Shown in pieces: positions 25,674 through 38,424 of a stretch of 64,000 nucleotides of DNA. Source of the stretch: Antedon mediterranea (taxonomy: Eukaryota; Animalia; Echinodermata); NCBI RefSeq assembly GCF_964355755.1, contig NC_092674.1, positions 30,938,001 through 31,002,000 of the forward strand, read 5' to 3'. The notes below the pieces were generated by a model that worked only from the letters and a program-made list of their open reading frames with translations, was not told the DNA's origin and ran no database searches. The translations under genes and the position numbers were made by a program. Each line of letters begins with the position of its first letter. The first letter of the stretch is position 1.

Positions 25674-28600
25674 ATGGTAAAAGAAAATGTTTTATTTATT
25701 GATACATATATAGAAATGAAATGTTTAATAATGTATTTTAATTTGTGAGCTCCCACACACAACCATCAGCTCCGACGGGTTAGATCGTTCACCCTCCCCA
25801 AAGTCTGGACACAACGCACAAAAAACTTCATTACTTTCCACGGAGTTTTCAATGATTGGTGAATGATCAGAAACTGAGTTATGATAAGCAAATTGTGAAC
25901 CCCTTTTGGTTTGTGTTACTGGATGTACTATGATGGCTGATTTGTGATATATTTTAGTAACTTGTTTGGTCTGTGTTATACTATGTTTTTTTTTTATATA
26001 TTTATTATTATATTTATGTCAACTTCATCACTGTTTACTTGATGCAATAAAGGAAATAAAATAAATAATAATAAATACTGTAAATTAATATTTATTTTCT
26101 GTTTTTATAGAAGCAAAATTTAGAAGAGGCAATTGCTAGAGCTGAGGTAAATATTGCTATATATAGTTATATTTTCATTTAAAGTGTCAAAATAAATACC
26201 AGCATCTTTTGTTTCTGGAGAAATATGATCCTGTTTTATTAATTGTTATTGTTTCATTTCAGGAGATAATTGATCATGTACGAAACAAACCATCTAGGCA
26301 GAAGTACTCCAGCTCATCCACTGCAAAATGGTGATTATTTTAAGTTAATAATATTAAAATGTTAATTTATTGTACTTTTCATGAAAGATCACTCTGAATC
26401 AAAACACTAAACGTTGTGGACAATCATTTGTTTAGAATTCTATTCCTGTATTTTAAATAACCTTGGCTGGAAAAAATTAAATGATCATGTTCGGACAGCG
26501 ATTGAAATACACGTTTATTTGGTACTTTGAAATAAAAAATTACTATTTATCACTTTTAAATGTGTGCTCCTACATATTTGACCTAAAAATTGACTTTTAA
26601 TAATACTACTCATTCTAAAAGCACACAAAACTAAAGCAATTATTTTTTATTTTTTTTTGCCATAAGGAAATCACTGCCACAAAATCTATATGATTTGTAT
26701 GTTGAAGAAATTCAGAAAGACCCAGAAAATAAGGTAAGTTGGCTTTATTTATTTGTCTTTTCTATTTAGACAGCCGTATATTAATATAAGCAAATTAGGT
26801 TACTAGCCTTCTTAAAGATAGTTCAAGATGCACACAAGATGCACGCTAGTAGACCAAACCAGTATCGTTTTTTATTGTGATCATGCGGGAAATTACCTCA
26901 CGATGTCATGAGAAAAATCCACATCTGACTGGATTTGAACCCAGGAACCAGGAATCTGTAGACAAGCAATACAGGCCAAGTTTTGTAAAATCAATTCTTG
27001 ATATGTTGCTTATAAGTTATTCCTTTTTTTTTTCCATTTTAGAAAGTTCGGTACGGATGTCATTTACTAGACAAACTGGCCAATCGGGATCGGGAGAAGT
27101 TGCAATGGCGTTGTTTAATCGTCAATTTATATCCAGCTAACCAAGGCTATAGCTTAATGCTACCTGGAAAGGAAATAACAGGTTTTTATATATTAGTTTT
27201 TTGTATGTGTAACTCTGTAGTGTATAGTTATGTTCAGACTGCCTTACATCTGAGGTAAAGTTACGTCAAACATGAAATTATACCTGCACATTACCGTCTG
27301 ATGAGCGTCCACATGGTGAACTTTACTTGAGAGCTAATTGCGCCCATACAACACTAGTTCACTAGTATTCCTGAGACTTCTTAGGAGTAAATTTTAACTT
27401 AATACAGTATATTCCCAGGCACTACCCAGGGCTTACAACAAACAAATTTCTACTTCAGAGCTTACATCCGACTCATCTGAACACACTTTATGAAAAGGAA
27501 ATTTCAATTTTATATTTTGCATTAGTAGACTGTTATAATGATGTGATTTTTCCCCTATTTTTGCAGAATCAGAAACTGTGAAGCTTCCCTATGCGGTAAG
27601 TATAGATTAATAAAGTTTTTATATCATTTATATTTTGAATGTTTTTTTCTTGTGTTGACCAATCACACCGAAATAAATTTCTGTCTTTCTATTTATTATT
27701 TTTAGGAATCAGAATTTTTAGATTTTATAGACAATGAAGAGGTAAGCTATTTATTTTATTAATACTACACAATGGCCTATTCTAAATCTGGTTTTATTAA
27801 TATTCATTTTCATGTTTCAATACATTTTTAAACCTCTCTCGAATGGGTTTTTTCATGCTTGTTTTTTACCCTGTAACTGTTCCCCTTTTTCTTCATATTT
27901 CAACAGCTTCCTCCAATATTAGTGGACCTAATAGAGCATTCGCATCCGTTTCTTTTCTACAATGGTTGCATAATAGCAGAAGTAAAAGACTATAGACAGT
28001 CACTAACGGGTCAGTCTTACGCAAGCCGCCATGTTTTACTTAGGCCTACACAACAGGTATGTGTACATAGTAAGTAAAAGACTATAGACAGTCACTAACG
28101 GGTCAGTCTTACGCAAGCCGCCATGTTTTACTTAGGCCTACACAACAGGTATGTGTACATAGTAAGTAAAAGACTATAGACAGTCACTAACGGGTCAGTC
28201 TTACGCAAGCCGCCATGTTTTACTTATGTCTACACAACAGGTATGGGTTATTGCGTGATAGAGGTTTAAATATGAAGTACTATTGTACACATTTAAGTGA
28301 AAAGACATAGGATTATATGAATGTTCAGTTGAAAACTGGTTTTGCCATTTAACCGCTTTGAAAAACAACACAGTACTTGAGAAATAAAGTGTGTGGTGTG
28401 GGTGAGGAGAACCATATTAGTCACTTGATCTAGATGGCAAAATTGTGAATCTCAGATGACTAGGTCATTCTTAAAACTGTTTATGGACATGACTTTAAGT
28501 ACAATATATAATAAAAAGCATAGCTTATTATGTGCTGTAAGTTTCCTCTGTTTTAGTCCGTAGTAGCAGATGTGAATGCGATAGCAAGTGATGGTCATCT

Positions 28601-31600
28601 ATGGACAATGGTAAGCCAGCAAATCTATTCTTGAACATTTTGATTTATGTAATTTAGCTTAGTTTTGTTTGTTTGTTTGTTTATTAATTCTTTTCCACAC
28701 ACATCAATATACATTTTACTTAAATATTTAGATAAAATATAATAAAAAATGAAAAAACAATATTTCTTTAATTCTTTCTTATATTGAACAAAATGTTTGA
28801 TTTTGTTTATATTAATAGAAAGCTTGTGCTATTCCACTCTCTAGGCCTGTTTCTATAATTAACTAAAATGTTTGTTTTTGCAGGATGATAAAATTCAACT
28901 TGAATCCCAACTTCTTCTGGCCACACAAAGTCCGTTGTGTCTAGATCCTTCTCTCTCAGTATGCTGTGTTGCAAATAAATTACACAATGAAAAGCATAGA
29001 TTCAATACAAAGTCTATACGAAGGTAAAAAACAAATGGCATTGAAGCTTGGCGCATGTAATAATAATATCCTGCGCCTAATGTTGTGAAACGTCTAAGCG
29101 CTGAACATTATTACCCCAGTCATGGAAACATACTCCCATAATGCAGCTAGTAATCAGCGCAAAGTTATGTCTTGATCCAACCGGGTTCCCATTTATACAC
29201 GTGGGTGGAGAGAGACAAACATAAGTAAGTATCGTGCCTAAGAATACAAGCAATGCGGCGAGATTTGGATTCGAACCTTGATCTCACGATCAGCCCACAT
29301 GCCCTTATTTATGCTTGTCTTGCAATCCCAAGATCTTGGGTTCAATGCAGAAAGCATTACTTATTGATGCAAACTTGAGCGTTTGAATTCTGACACCCTA
29401 TGGTCTATGTATTCCTATTACTCTTATATAATTTTAAAGTGTATCTGAATGCACACACACAATGAATTAGGATGGCGTAACTAGGTCTTAAGTCATCGCA
29501 AATCAAAAACTCCCTATTATTGAAAATCATTTTTATTTTACCTCCTTCAGGTGTTTGAAGAGATATTCACAAGTAGCTAAAAATAGAAAAGCTGTTCAAA
29601 AAAGAATGCCTGCACCCCCTGAGTTACTGCTTCATGATTTTCTAACAAAGAGAAAAAGTAGAAATGCAATATTAGCTGTTGACCTAAAAATAGGAAAACC
29701 AGTAAGTGAAATTGTAGGTTGTTTTAAAAAAACACATTCAGAATACCAGACTTTCTGGATAACCAGACATATTTGACCAGCCCAAGGGTGTCTGGTATTG
29801 GGAGAGTTGACTGTAGTAAGTGTAATCAGCCTTTTTTTAAAAAGTAACATGATAGTGTGTTTATAAAGTGTATATATTTTTTTTCTACTAACCTAGGGTG
29901 TCGATTTATGGAAACAAAGACCTTTAGACACTCAGAAAGTAGAAGCATTAAATGTAAGTATATTTACTACCTTCAAACATTGTCTTTGTGATAAATCTTG
30001 CATATTTCTTTAAACTCTGTCTACACTATCAAACTTTATGTGACAAGAAAATGTGATTTACCCATATAATAGACATGATGATGTCATATCATGACATCAT
30101 CATATTTGGGCAAATCACACCTTTTTTGTCAAACTAGGGTGGACAGCAGCGGCGGATCCATGATTTTGAAATAGGGGGTCCAGGGCCTAAAAGTAGTGAA
30201 ATGTAGTGCTGAACTTAATTTGATGTCCTATCTTTTGCATTACACTGTGAAATTTAGAGGAGGCCTGGGTCGGCTGGACAGTGCATCATATGTATGCATG
30301 TACAGGTCGGCTGAACAGTGCATCATATGTATGCATGTACATATGGGTTGGCTGGACAGTGCATCATATGTATGCATGTACATATGGGTTGGCTGGACAG
30401 TGCATCATATGTATGCATGTACATATGGGTTGGCTGGACAGTGCATCATATGTATGCATGTACAGGTCGGCTGGACAGTGCATCATATGTATGCATGCAC
30501 ATATGGGTTTGTAATATTGTAATATTAATAGTTTTGTCATTTTTGATAGGTACTTGAACTTGCTTCTTGTCCTGATAAACCAAAGATGATTAATGATAAT
30601 ACACCAGTAAGTAAACTTATTTTTCTACCAACCCAAATATCCTCTGAGTCGTCAATCAATGAGTTTTTTCATTGAAAAAAATTTGTATTCTATTTATTAT
30701 TAGGCCACAATATGAAAAAACTGGGTTGGTTGGATGTTGTGTTAACAACATAAATATGATGATATTGTTAAAAAAGAAAAATGACTGTAGAAAATCATTC
30801 ATGCATGCAATTTCAACTAAATGGGAATGGGGTTCTAGGCCATTAACTGCAATACGATAGATTACACTAGCACTTCACCACATGCTAAGGTAACATAGTT
30901 TTCAGCATAATGAAATCTTGTGTTAAAATTGTTGAATAGTGGGTCTATTTTAGGCTCTGTTACAGTGTTTTAACGTATGGCGGTTTCGTTCAAGAGACGC
31001 CTCTTTCTATCATCATCTGTCAACCTTTTTTCTTATTTAGATTACAATTGAAGAAATTATTTTAGAGACAGAACGTAGCAATGGTAAGATCCATCACGCC
31101 AAGCTGACAATCCAACAACGGTTATCAGACTCATGTTATTTAGGAGAACTGTACTCGGACAAGGATCACAACTCTAAAGAAGGCCGTAAGTTAGGAGCAA
31201 CTACTAAGTAAGTTCACAACTCTTCTTCTACAGTATGTTTAACATTGTAAATTGAACTTGCATGATAAGAATCAACCAATCTGATTCTAATTTCCAACGA
31301 AAATAATTTTTGTATAATTATCTTATATCATCACAGATTTTTATTGGGAACAAGACACAACGCACAAAGGTAATTATGATTTAATCCATTGTTTTATTTT
31401 TCCAAAATATGATTTAATTAATTTTTTGTTTATTGTATTCAGTTGACAACCAACATCTATGAAAATCATCAGGTTGAATCAATGTAATCAATTTTATGTG
31501 TGAAATGCACAAATATTCAAATTATTTTACAGATATTTGAATCAATTCCAAGACCTGCACACTGAAGAGGGCAGAAGACCAGTTAAGATAACGAGGATCG

Positions 31601-34600
31601 TACCAGGACATCCGCCACAAGTGGTGCAATCGCCTAATTACCCTCATACATCGACGGGTCATGACAGTGCAACTCAGCAAAAATCAACAGCGACAAATGT
31701 TGTCAAAGTAAGTTATTTTGTTTATTCTCTCATTTAAAAACGGAGGAATTCTATCACAGTTATATTAAATTTAAAAATCAGGCAAGCCAAAGCTATTACA
31801 CAATCGAAAACAATTTTAACGAACACCTCAGTAGGCTATTTATTGCTAAATATGTTTTCAACTCCAGCTTTATGAGGTAGAAGAGGAGGATTCCATATGT
31901 ATGGATGTATGTTAGAAGTTCAGCTCATACAAACAGTTTACAAAATTAAATACTGTAGATACAGTATTCTAGTTACATAGTTACAAATAAACATCATGAT
32001 ACAAATTCTACAGATTTAAAACAACAAAATATTAAGAAATAAATCCATATTAAGTTCACTTTTGTATTATTTGACTTTAATTATATCTATTTTCAAAATC
32101 AAAACAATTTGTTTATAAATTTTATCTGTGTTTGTTTAGTCTGAACCAGTAAGCAGTGAAGTAGATTACGCCACTATGCAAGCCAAACGTACTAGGCGTA
32201 TACCACCACCACCACCATTGAAAATTGCAGCGTCACTAAGTAGCCCTGCAAACATAAGCACAAACTATAACAATAACGCTCAGCAAATGCAAATAACAGG
32301 TATTTATAACAATTTTGTTGAAGATAAATTTTATATTGAAAATGCATGTTTTTGAGAATTGTATTATTGAATCATATTCACGTTCCAGTTCCAATAAACA
32401 TTGCAATGTAATGAAAAAAAATATGTTTTTTTTTTTAGGCAATAACATACAAAATCAGCAGATATCCATATCAGGTCAAGGGTCATCAAACGCACAGCCA
32501 TTCACTAGCCAACAAGCATTGAATATATTGCAACAACAAGGAAACAATAGACCTCAACCACCAGCCTATCTTAGTATTAATAGGTAAGCAATAGACCTCA
32601 ACCACCAGCCTATCTCAGTCTTAATAGGTAAGCAATACACCTCAACCACCAGCCTATCTCAGTCTTAATAGGTAAATTACTAAAGCAAATACACCTCAAC
32701 CACCAGCCTATCTCAGTCTTAATAGGTAAGCAATATACCTCAACCACCAGCCTATCTCAGTCTTAATAGGTAAGCAATACACCTCATCCACCAGCCTATT
32801 TCAGTCTTAATAGGTAAGCAATACACCTCAACCACCAGCCTATCTCAGTCTTAATAGGTAAGCAATAGACCTCAACCACCAGCCTATCTCAGTCTTAATA
32901 GGTAAGCAATAGACCTCAACCACCAGCCTATCTCAGTCTTAATAGGTAAGCAATACACCTCAACCACCAGCCTATCTCAGTCTTAATAGGTAAGCAATAC
33001 ACCTCAACCACCAGCCTATCTCAGTCTTAATAGGTAAGCAATAGACCTCAACCACCAGCCTATCTCAGTCTTAATAGGTAAGCAATAGACCTCAACCACC
33101 AGTCTATCTCAGTCTTAATAGGTAAGTAATACACCTCAACCACCAGCCTATCTCAGTCTTAATAGGTAAGCAATAGACCTCAACCACCAGCCTATCTCAA
33201 ATACACCTCAACCACTGAAGTCACGATATTAATATTATTAAGAACCTTAGCAATTGATTTCAGAGCTCATAGTATTTCCAACAAAAATAAACCAATACGT
33301 GGTAAAAGAAACGTAATAAAGATATATATATAAATATAGTGCAAATTTGTACTTACAGGTCCTGTAGCATATCTGGAGAGAGCTCAAATATAGTTGGTAG
33401 CCCTACAACGACCCCTGTGTCTGTCACAGGTATGTATTCATTATAACAGTACCTTAATCATTACACAGGTATGTATTCATTATAACAGTACCTTAATCAT
33501 TACACAGGTACGTATTCATTATAACAGTACCTTAATCATTACACAATATAAACATGCAAAACACTGCTCTCTATATAAGTATTATTTGACCATTTTGTAT
33601 ATTTGTATTAGTTGGTGCACAGCTTGGGTTTGCTAGTCTTCCGGGTTCGATCTCAGCGCATTCTATCACCCAGTCAATCAAGTCTCCTCCTCCCCCTGCA
33701 ACTCCACCTCCGAGGCACCCCCGTCGCATGTCATTGGATGACAGGAATATACAAGGTATTACACTTTTATTCATTTTTACACAAGTGATTGTGTATTGTC
33801 TTGTCTTATTGTATTGCTCATGTAGTAGAGCCACTTACTGTTACTACCTAATGCTGTAATGATGTTTGTAGATATAACAATGTTCAGTTGTTGGGTCATA
33901 ATGCTGTAATGTCTTTTTACATTCTTTGATACATTACCCCAGGAATTTGCCCGTAATTAACAACATTCTCTTAAACAGCACTATCTTAATAATTTACTGA
34001 TAGAAATGTATTAATTTTGTATGGTTCATGTAGTATGGCTAATGATGTATGTAGATATAAATAACTATGTTCAGTAGTTCCATAATGGTGTAATGCAATG
34101 TCACATTCTTTGATACATTACCCCAGGAATTTTCCCATAAATAAGAACATTCCCTTTAACAGCACCATCTCAATAATTTAACTTAACTCTTTGATTGAAG
34201 TTTAAAATATAGTATGTCAGTTTATATTGTATTTGTGATGTTCATTCTATGGTATGTTGTTGACATGTTTGCCCACATAGGTTCTATGGCACCTCCAGCT
34301 ACACCTCCTATGCAGCCCACATCTGCTACCCCTCCACCACCTAGCCCTAAGGGACTTCTCAACTCCACTACCGGTCAAGAGGTACCTCTGGCTAATGTTA
34401 CTCAGCCTAGCCTAGCTCAGACAGGAGTCGCTGTGGCTCTTACTGTGGATGGCAATAGTATAGCTCTGCCCATCACTGGTCTTGTAAACCACTCACAGTC
34501 AGGTGAGGCTTAGCCCGCAAGCTTTTGTTTTTTTTGTGCTTTTAATGAATAAACTTTTTGGTAATTGTCTTAATTATTATTGTTTTCTAATTATTCTTAA

Positions 34601-36466
34601 AATTAATTTAATTTTGTGTAATTATTTTATTTGAAATATTAAAAAGAAAGTAATAATTATCAACATTATTATTTTTATTTACATCACAAAGGCTTAGTTC
34701 AAAGCACGGGAAATTTAATCAACACACCAATTGGTGTAATGTCCTCTCTCGGAAATCTCATATCCACCTCGCAAGGTGTTATCCCTCTACAAACGACTCC
34801 CTCTCTCGGAAACTCTAACACATCAAGCAACACGATCGCCATCACAAACACAACGCAAGCCAAGTTGAACAGCACACAGCTTGTTGTTGGCAAATCGCCG
34901 AATGTGGTGAACCTCAGCAACATTCAAAGTATAAGTTCATCTGATATGAACCAACTGTTGACTGTCCTTAAGAAGTCTGGTGCCAATCAACAGCTACAAA
35001 ATGTTTCACTTTTACAGGTATGATTAATATCTTTACTAGAAAAGATACTCACATCAGTGTGACTGCCCAACTCTTCCCAACTGTTTGCCCGTCTGTGGCA
35101 GTTTTCAAAAGTAGTTTAAAACCTTAGTAAAATTCTGATTAAATGTTGCTATTCCATTACTCCTCACATAACACCACCCCCTCCGGCCTCCATGGGAGTT
35201 TTTAAATTGGATTTATACAAACTAATTTTAATTTAAATGACTGCGGGAATAATGTTCAGCGCTTAGAGGTTTTTAGGCGCAATATAAATCAGGATATTAT
35301 TATTGTTGTTGTGTTTCTATAGTTACCTACGACCAGCAACATTATTCAAAGAAGTCAGAATATTTCCCAGAATTCAACAGTAGCGTCAATCAGACAGGCA
35401 GCCAAGAATCAACAGGTATAGTGTTAAATGTATTTTTTATTTTCACCTTTCATGGAAAGTGTCTCCCTAATAGAGGTGTCCCAAAAAAGGAGTTATATTA
35501 TGTTTAATTTGTTGATTTACATGTATTTAACACAATCCATATAAGAACTGTCTATGAAGACACCCTTATTCCCCAAGATCAAAATATTTAGTTTATTCCA
35601 GGTTTAAGAAGAGCAGATAATACTCTCGCTTTTTTATTCTCACTTCTAAAGATGATCAAAGTATATTGATCAAAACGTCAAGAAACTCAACTGTTCTTTT
35701 CAAAACTATATATATGTGGTGCACCGCAAACTTTATATCAACAAATTTATTTCGCCATGCAAACCTTCAAACAATACTCTGACTGTTGCTATAATTCCTT
35801 CTTGTTGTCAAATTTCTATTTTAGCGACAACAACAGCAACAGATTGTGTACAACACCAACCTACAACAGCAACAGTCAAATCTGAATACAGTGTTGCAGC
35901 AGCAGCAGCAGTTGCAACAACAAACATTTCAGGCTGCAAACCAGACACAGACGCTACAAGTGCAGCAGGACACACAGATACAGAGACAAGGGTCAACCCA
36001 GTTGGTGACCGGCACAAACTTGTCACAGTTAGCTCAGGTTTGTCCTTAGTGAAATGTTGAGATTTGACTTAAGTTCTTCTACTCATTTTAAATCTATAAA
36101 ACGCATTACATTGTGTAATACCCAATACTAACTTATGAAATGTGACATATTGTTAACATGCCAAAGTATTTCCGTATTACAAGCTGAGGCCTGTAAATAT
36201 TAAATCAATCAATCTCTCTAGATTACTTTACACCCAGACAGATTATTATTATTGGTTGCATTTTTCTTCAATAGTTGCAAGCTATACAGCAACAGCAGCA
36301 GCTACAACAGCAGCAACAGTTGCAGCAACAGCAGCGTCAACAACAACAGTTGCAGCAGCAACTTGCAGCCCAGCAGGCGTTCAGCAAGCACCAACAACTA
36401 CAACTATGGCAGCAGCAACAACAGCAAAAAGCAGAAGTTAAACCGAAAGGAAAGAAGAAAAAATGA
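25674..36466 (+). CDS. SUPT20H: SAGA complex subunit SPT20 homolog (p38IP/FAM48A), multi-exon, with Q-rich C-terminus
   Basis: ATG|gt at 25674-25676 splices to 26111 ([12 protein letters not shown]). Later exons give [90 protein letters not shown] and [20 protein letters not shown]. The last exon is poly-Q and ends KPKGKKKK* at 36466. Probable non-coding exons end at 25200 and start at 25590. Confidence 0.92.
27981..28245 (+). repeat. 92-bp triplication spanning a SUPT20H exon end and its donor
   Basis: Copies start at 27981, 28073 and 28165. CAG|GTATG donors are at 28057, 28149 and 28241. Confidence 0.95.
29060..29300 (-). mobile_element. SINE (tRNA-head family); a second copy at about 17907-18100 and a tail fragment at about 35235-35300
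   Basis: Shared blocks GCCTAATGTTGTGAAAC.TCTAAG.GCT, TAATCAGC, GG.GAGAG.CAAAC and GATCTCACGATCAG, with an ATT-repeat tail. Confidence 0.65.
30270..30510. repeat. About 40-44-bp intronic minisatellite
   Basis: GGCTGGACAGTGCATCATATGTATGCATGTACA(TATGGGTT), about 5 copies. Confidence 0.9.
32545..33215 (+). repeat. 44-bp tandem array (about 15 copies) of a SUPT20H exon end plus donor
   Basis: Unit CAATAGACCTCAACCACCAGCCTATCTCAGTCTTAATAG|GTAAG. There are 14 donor copies from 32584 to 33166. Confidence 0.95.
33425..33545 (+). repeat. 39-bp triplication starting at a SUPT20H donor
   Basis: CACAG|GTA donors at 33430, 33469 and 33508. Confidence 0.9.
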
Positions 36467-37071
36467 CATGTTTTGTAGAATATTTTAATAAAATTCTATA
36501 AAAAATCCATGACCTATATTTTATTACTACAGTACATGTAACTTTTTAATAACTTTTTTGTGTAAATATTTTAATTATTTAATTTGTGTAATGTAATCGA
36601 ACCAAAATTAATTATTGTGAAATTTCAATATAATACTGTACCATGTTTTAGTTTAGTACAAACACAATAACTATAAACTTAGAACAAGTCTATAGTAGCA
36701 CCTACATTTTATGGTACTGCACCAAAAGCTGTATATAAAACATGCGATCTGTACATGCAAAACCAAAATAAATTTAGTTTTAAGATAATATTGATTTTAT
36801 TGAATAATAATTTGTGATGTGAATTTAGAACATTTGTTTGATTTGAGGCAGCAAGTCTCATTTTAATTATGTACACATGTGAAAGGGGAATTTTATATGA
36901 TATGATTTTAAAATTTTAATGGATGAATATAAAATGGATCAATTTATCATGACATTATAAATTGTGGATATTTGATGTATTAATAATATTTCAATAAATA
37001 TATTGTATTGTTTTAACTAATTTGTTCATAACAAGACGCATTACATAACAATTGCCTAGAGTTTTCAAACA

Positions 37072-37420
37072 CGAGTCAAATGGCCGAGCGGTGGGGGCGC
37101 CGTTTACCGTACCTAAAGAGCCAACAACATCGGCAAGGGTTCGAGGCCGACTCGCTCCTAGTTCTGGTGGTGGAACAAGTCTTCTCGGATAAGGACTATA
37201 AACCGTAGGTCCAGTGTACACAGTTATAACCTGTGTGCACTTTAAAGAACCCAGTTCATTATTCGAAAAAGAGTATGGGGTTACCCCGGTGAACTGGTTC
37301 ACAAAATAGCCCCTGTATCAAGGGGATTACCACCTATCTGATAGGACAGTGATTAATTTACTATTGGTAATCCTTGGTAAAATTGCCTAAAGACATAAAA
37401 TATAATAAAAAAATAAAAAA
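37072..37420 (+). mobile_element. tRNA-derived SINE with a Deu/Nin-like central domain
   Basis: A box TGGCCGAGCGG (37081) and B box GGTTCGAGGCC (37138). The core CTCGGATAAGGACTATAAACCGTAGGTCC...TTAAAGAACCC...AAGAGTATGGGGTTACCCCGGTG resembles the DeuSINE/AmnSINE1 domain, and an A-rich tail follows. Related minus-strand fragments lie at about 3200-3340 and 58715-58765. Confidence 0.7.
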
Positions 37421-37771
37421 TAAACCAGAATTATAGAATTGAAATTATCCCAAATATTGTTCAAGTCTACAGAACATGTTGATATACTTGTAAGTAAATG
37501 AAGATTTAGCAAATTGATATAGTTTTAGAAGTAAAGTATGAATAACTGTGTAATCTGTGAATTTATTTGTATAATATTGGTTTTAATGTCGATCACTGCC
37601 ATTTGGAGGTCAAATAATTTTTAATGAAAGCAGAAAAGAATAAATGCCTCTATTTTATATGGCTATTAAATGTTTATGCAATTTTAGTTAATGCTTTTAA
37701 TGACATACATAGTAACTGTAATTTTATTTAGGAATTTTAATTAAAGAATTGAAAGATATATGAAAATGTAA

Positions 37772-37906
37772 AACTTTGTCTACACTATCAAACTTTGTGA
37801 CGAAAATGTGATGTGCCCATATATGGACAATGATGTCACATCACTACCATATTTGGGCACATACATACTTTTTTTGTCAAACTAGTTTGATAGTGTAGAC
37901 AAAGCT
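37772..37906. mobile_element. MITE family A copy
   Basis: Same TIR and internal palindrome. Confidence 0.85.
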
Positions 37907-38424
37907 TAATACTGCTGTATACAATTGCTTTAGATTACAATTTTAATGTAACAGTATGTGTATATAGACAGTATGTGTATATAGACAGTCTTGTGAGAGA
38001 ATGTAATGAATAAAGCAAAATGCAAACAGTTTGTAGCTATATGATATATAACAGTTTTATTATCAAAAAGACATTTTGACAATTATATACATTTTTATTC
38101 TGTGCATGATTCATAAAGGCTAAAATGAAACAGATTAATAATAACTATACTTAATAGGAAGCTTTGGATTTGCGATGGCCGACATGACCTAACTAGGTCA
38201 GGTCAATTATTGCGTTGTTGACTTGGACACCATCAAAACTGTGTTGAGGTGTGGACCAAGGAAATACGTGCCAATATCCTTGCGTATGCACAATTAATTA
38301 ACATGACGTAGTTTGGTCCTACTAATTTCTAGACATTAGTGTTGGCTTATATTCCATGTTGTTACCCAACCCATAGATGCATTATATTTTCTTTTCCCAC
38401 CCTAGGTTCATTAACACTGTACTA

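Noticed and set aside
30196-30557. Cys/His-rich repetitive ORFs
   Set aside because: They are translations of an intronic minisatellite.
33849-34180. About 195-bp intronic duplication (also about 100 bp at 14335-14540)
   Set aside because: The duplications are real but wholly intronic with no splice signals. They show that background duplication is common, which tempers the junction-bias hypothesis.
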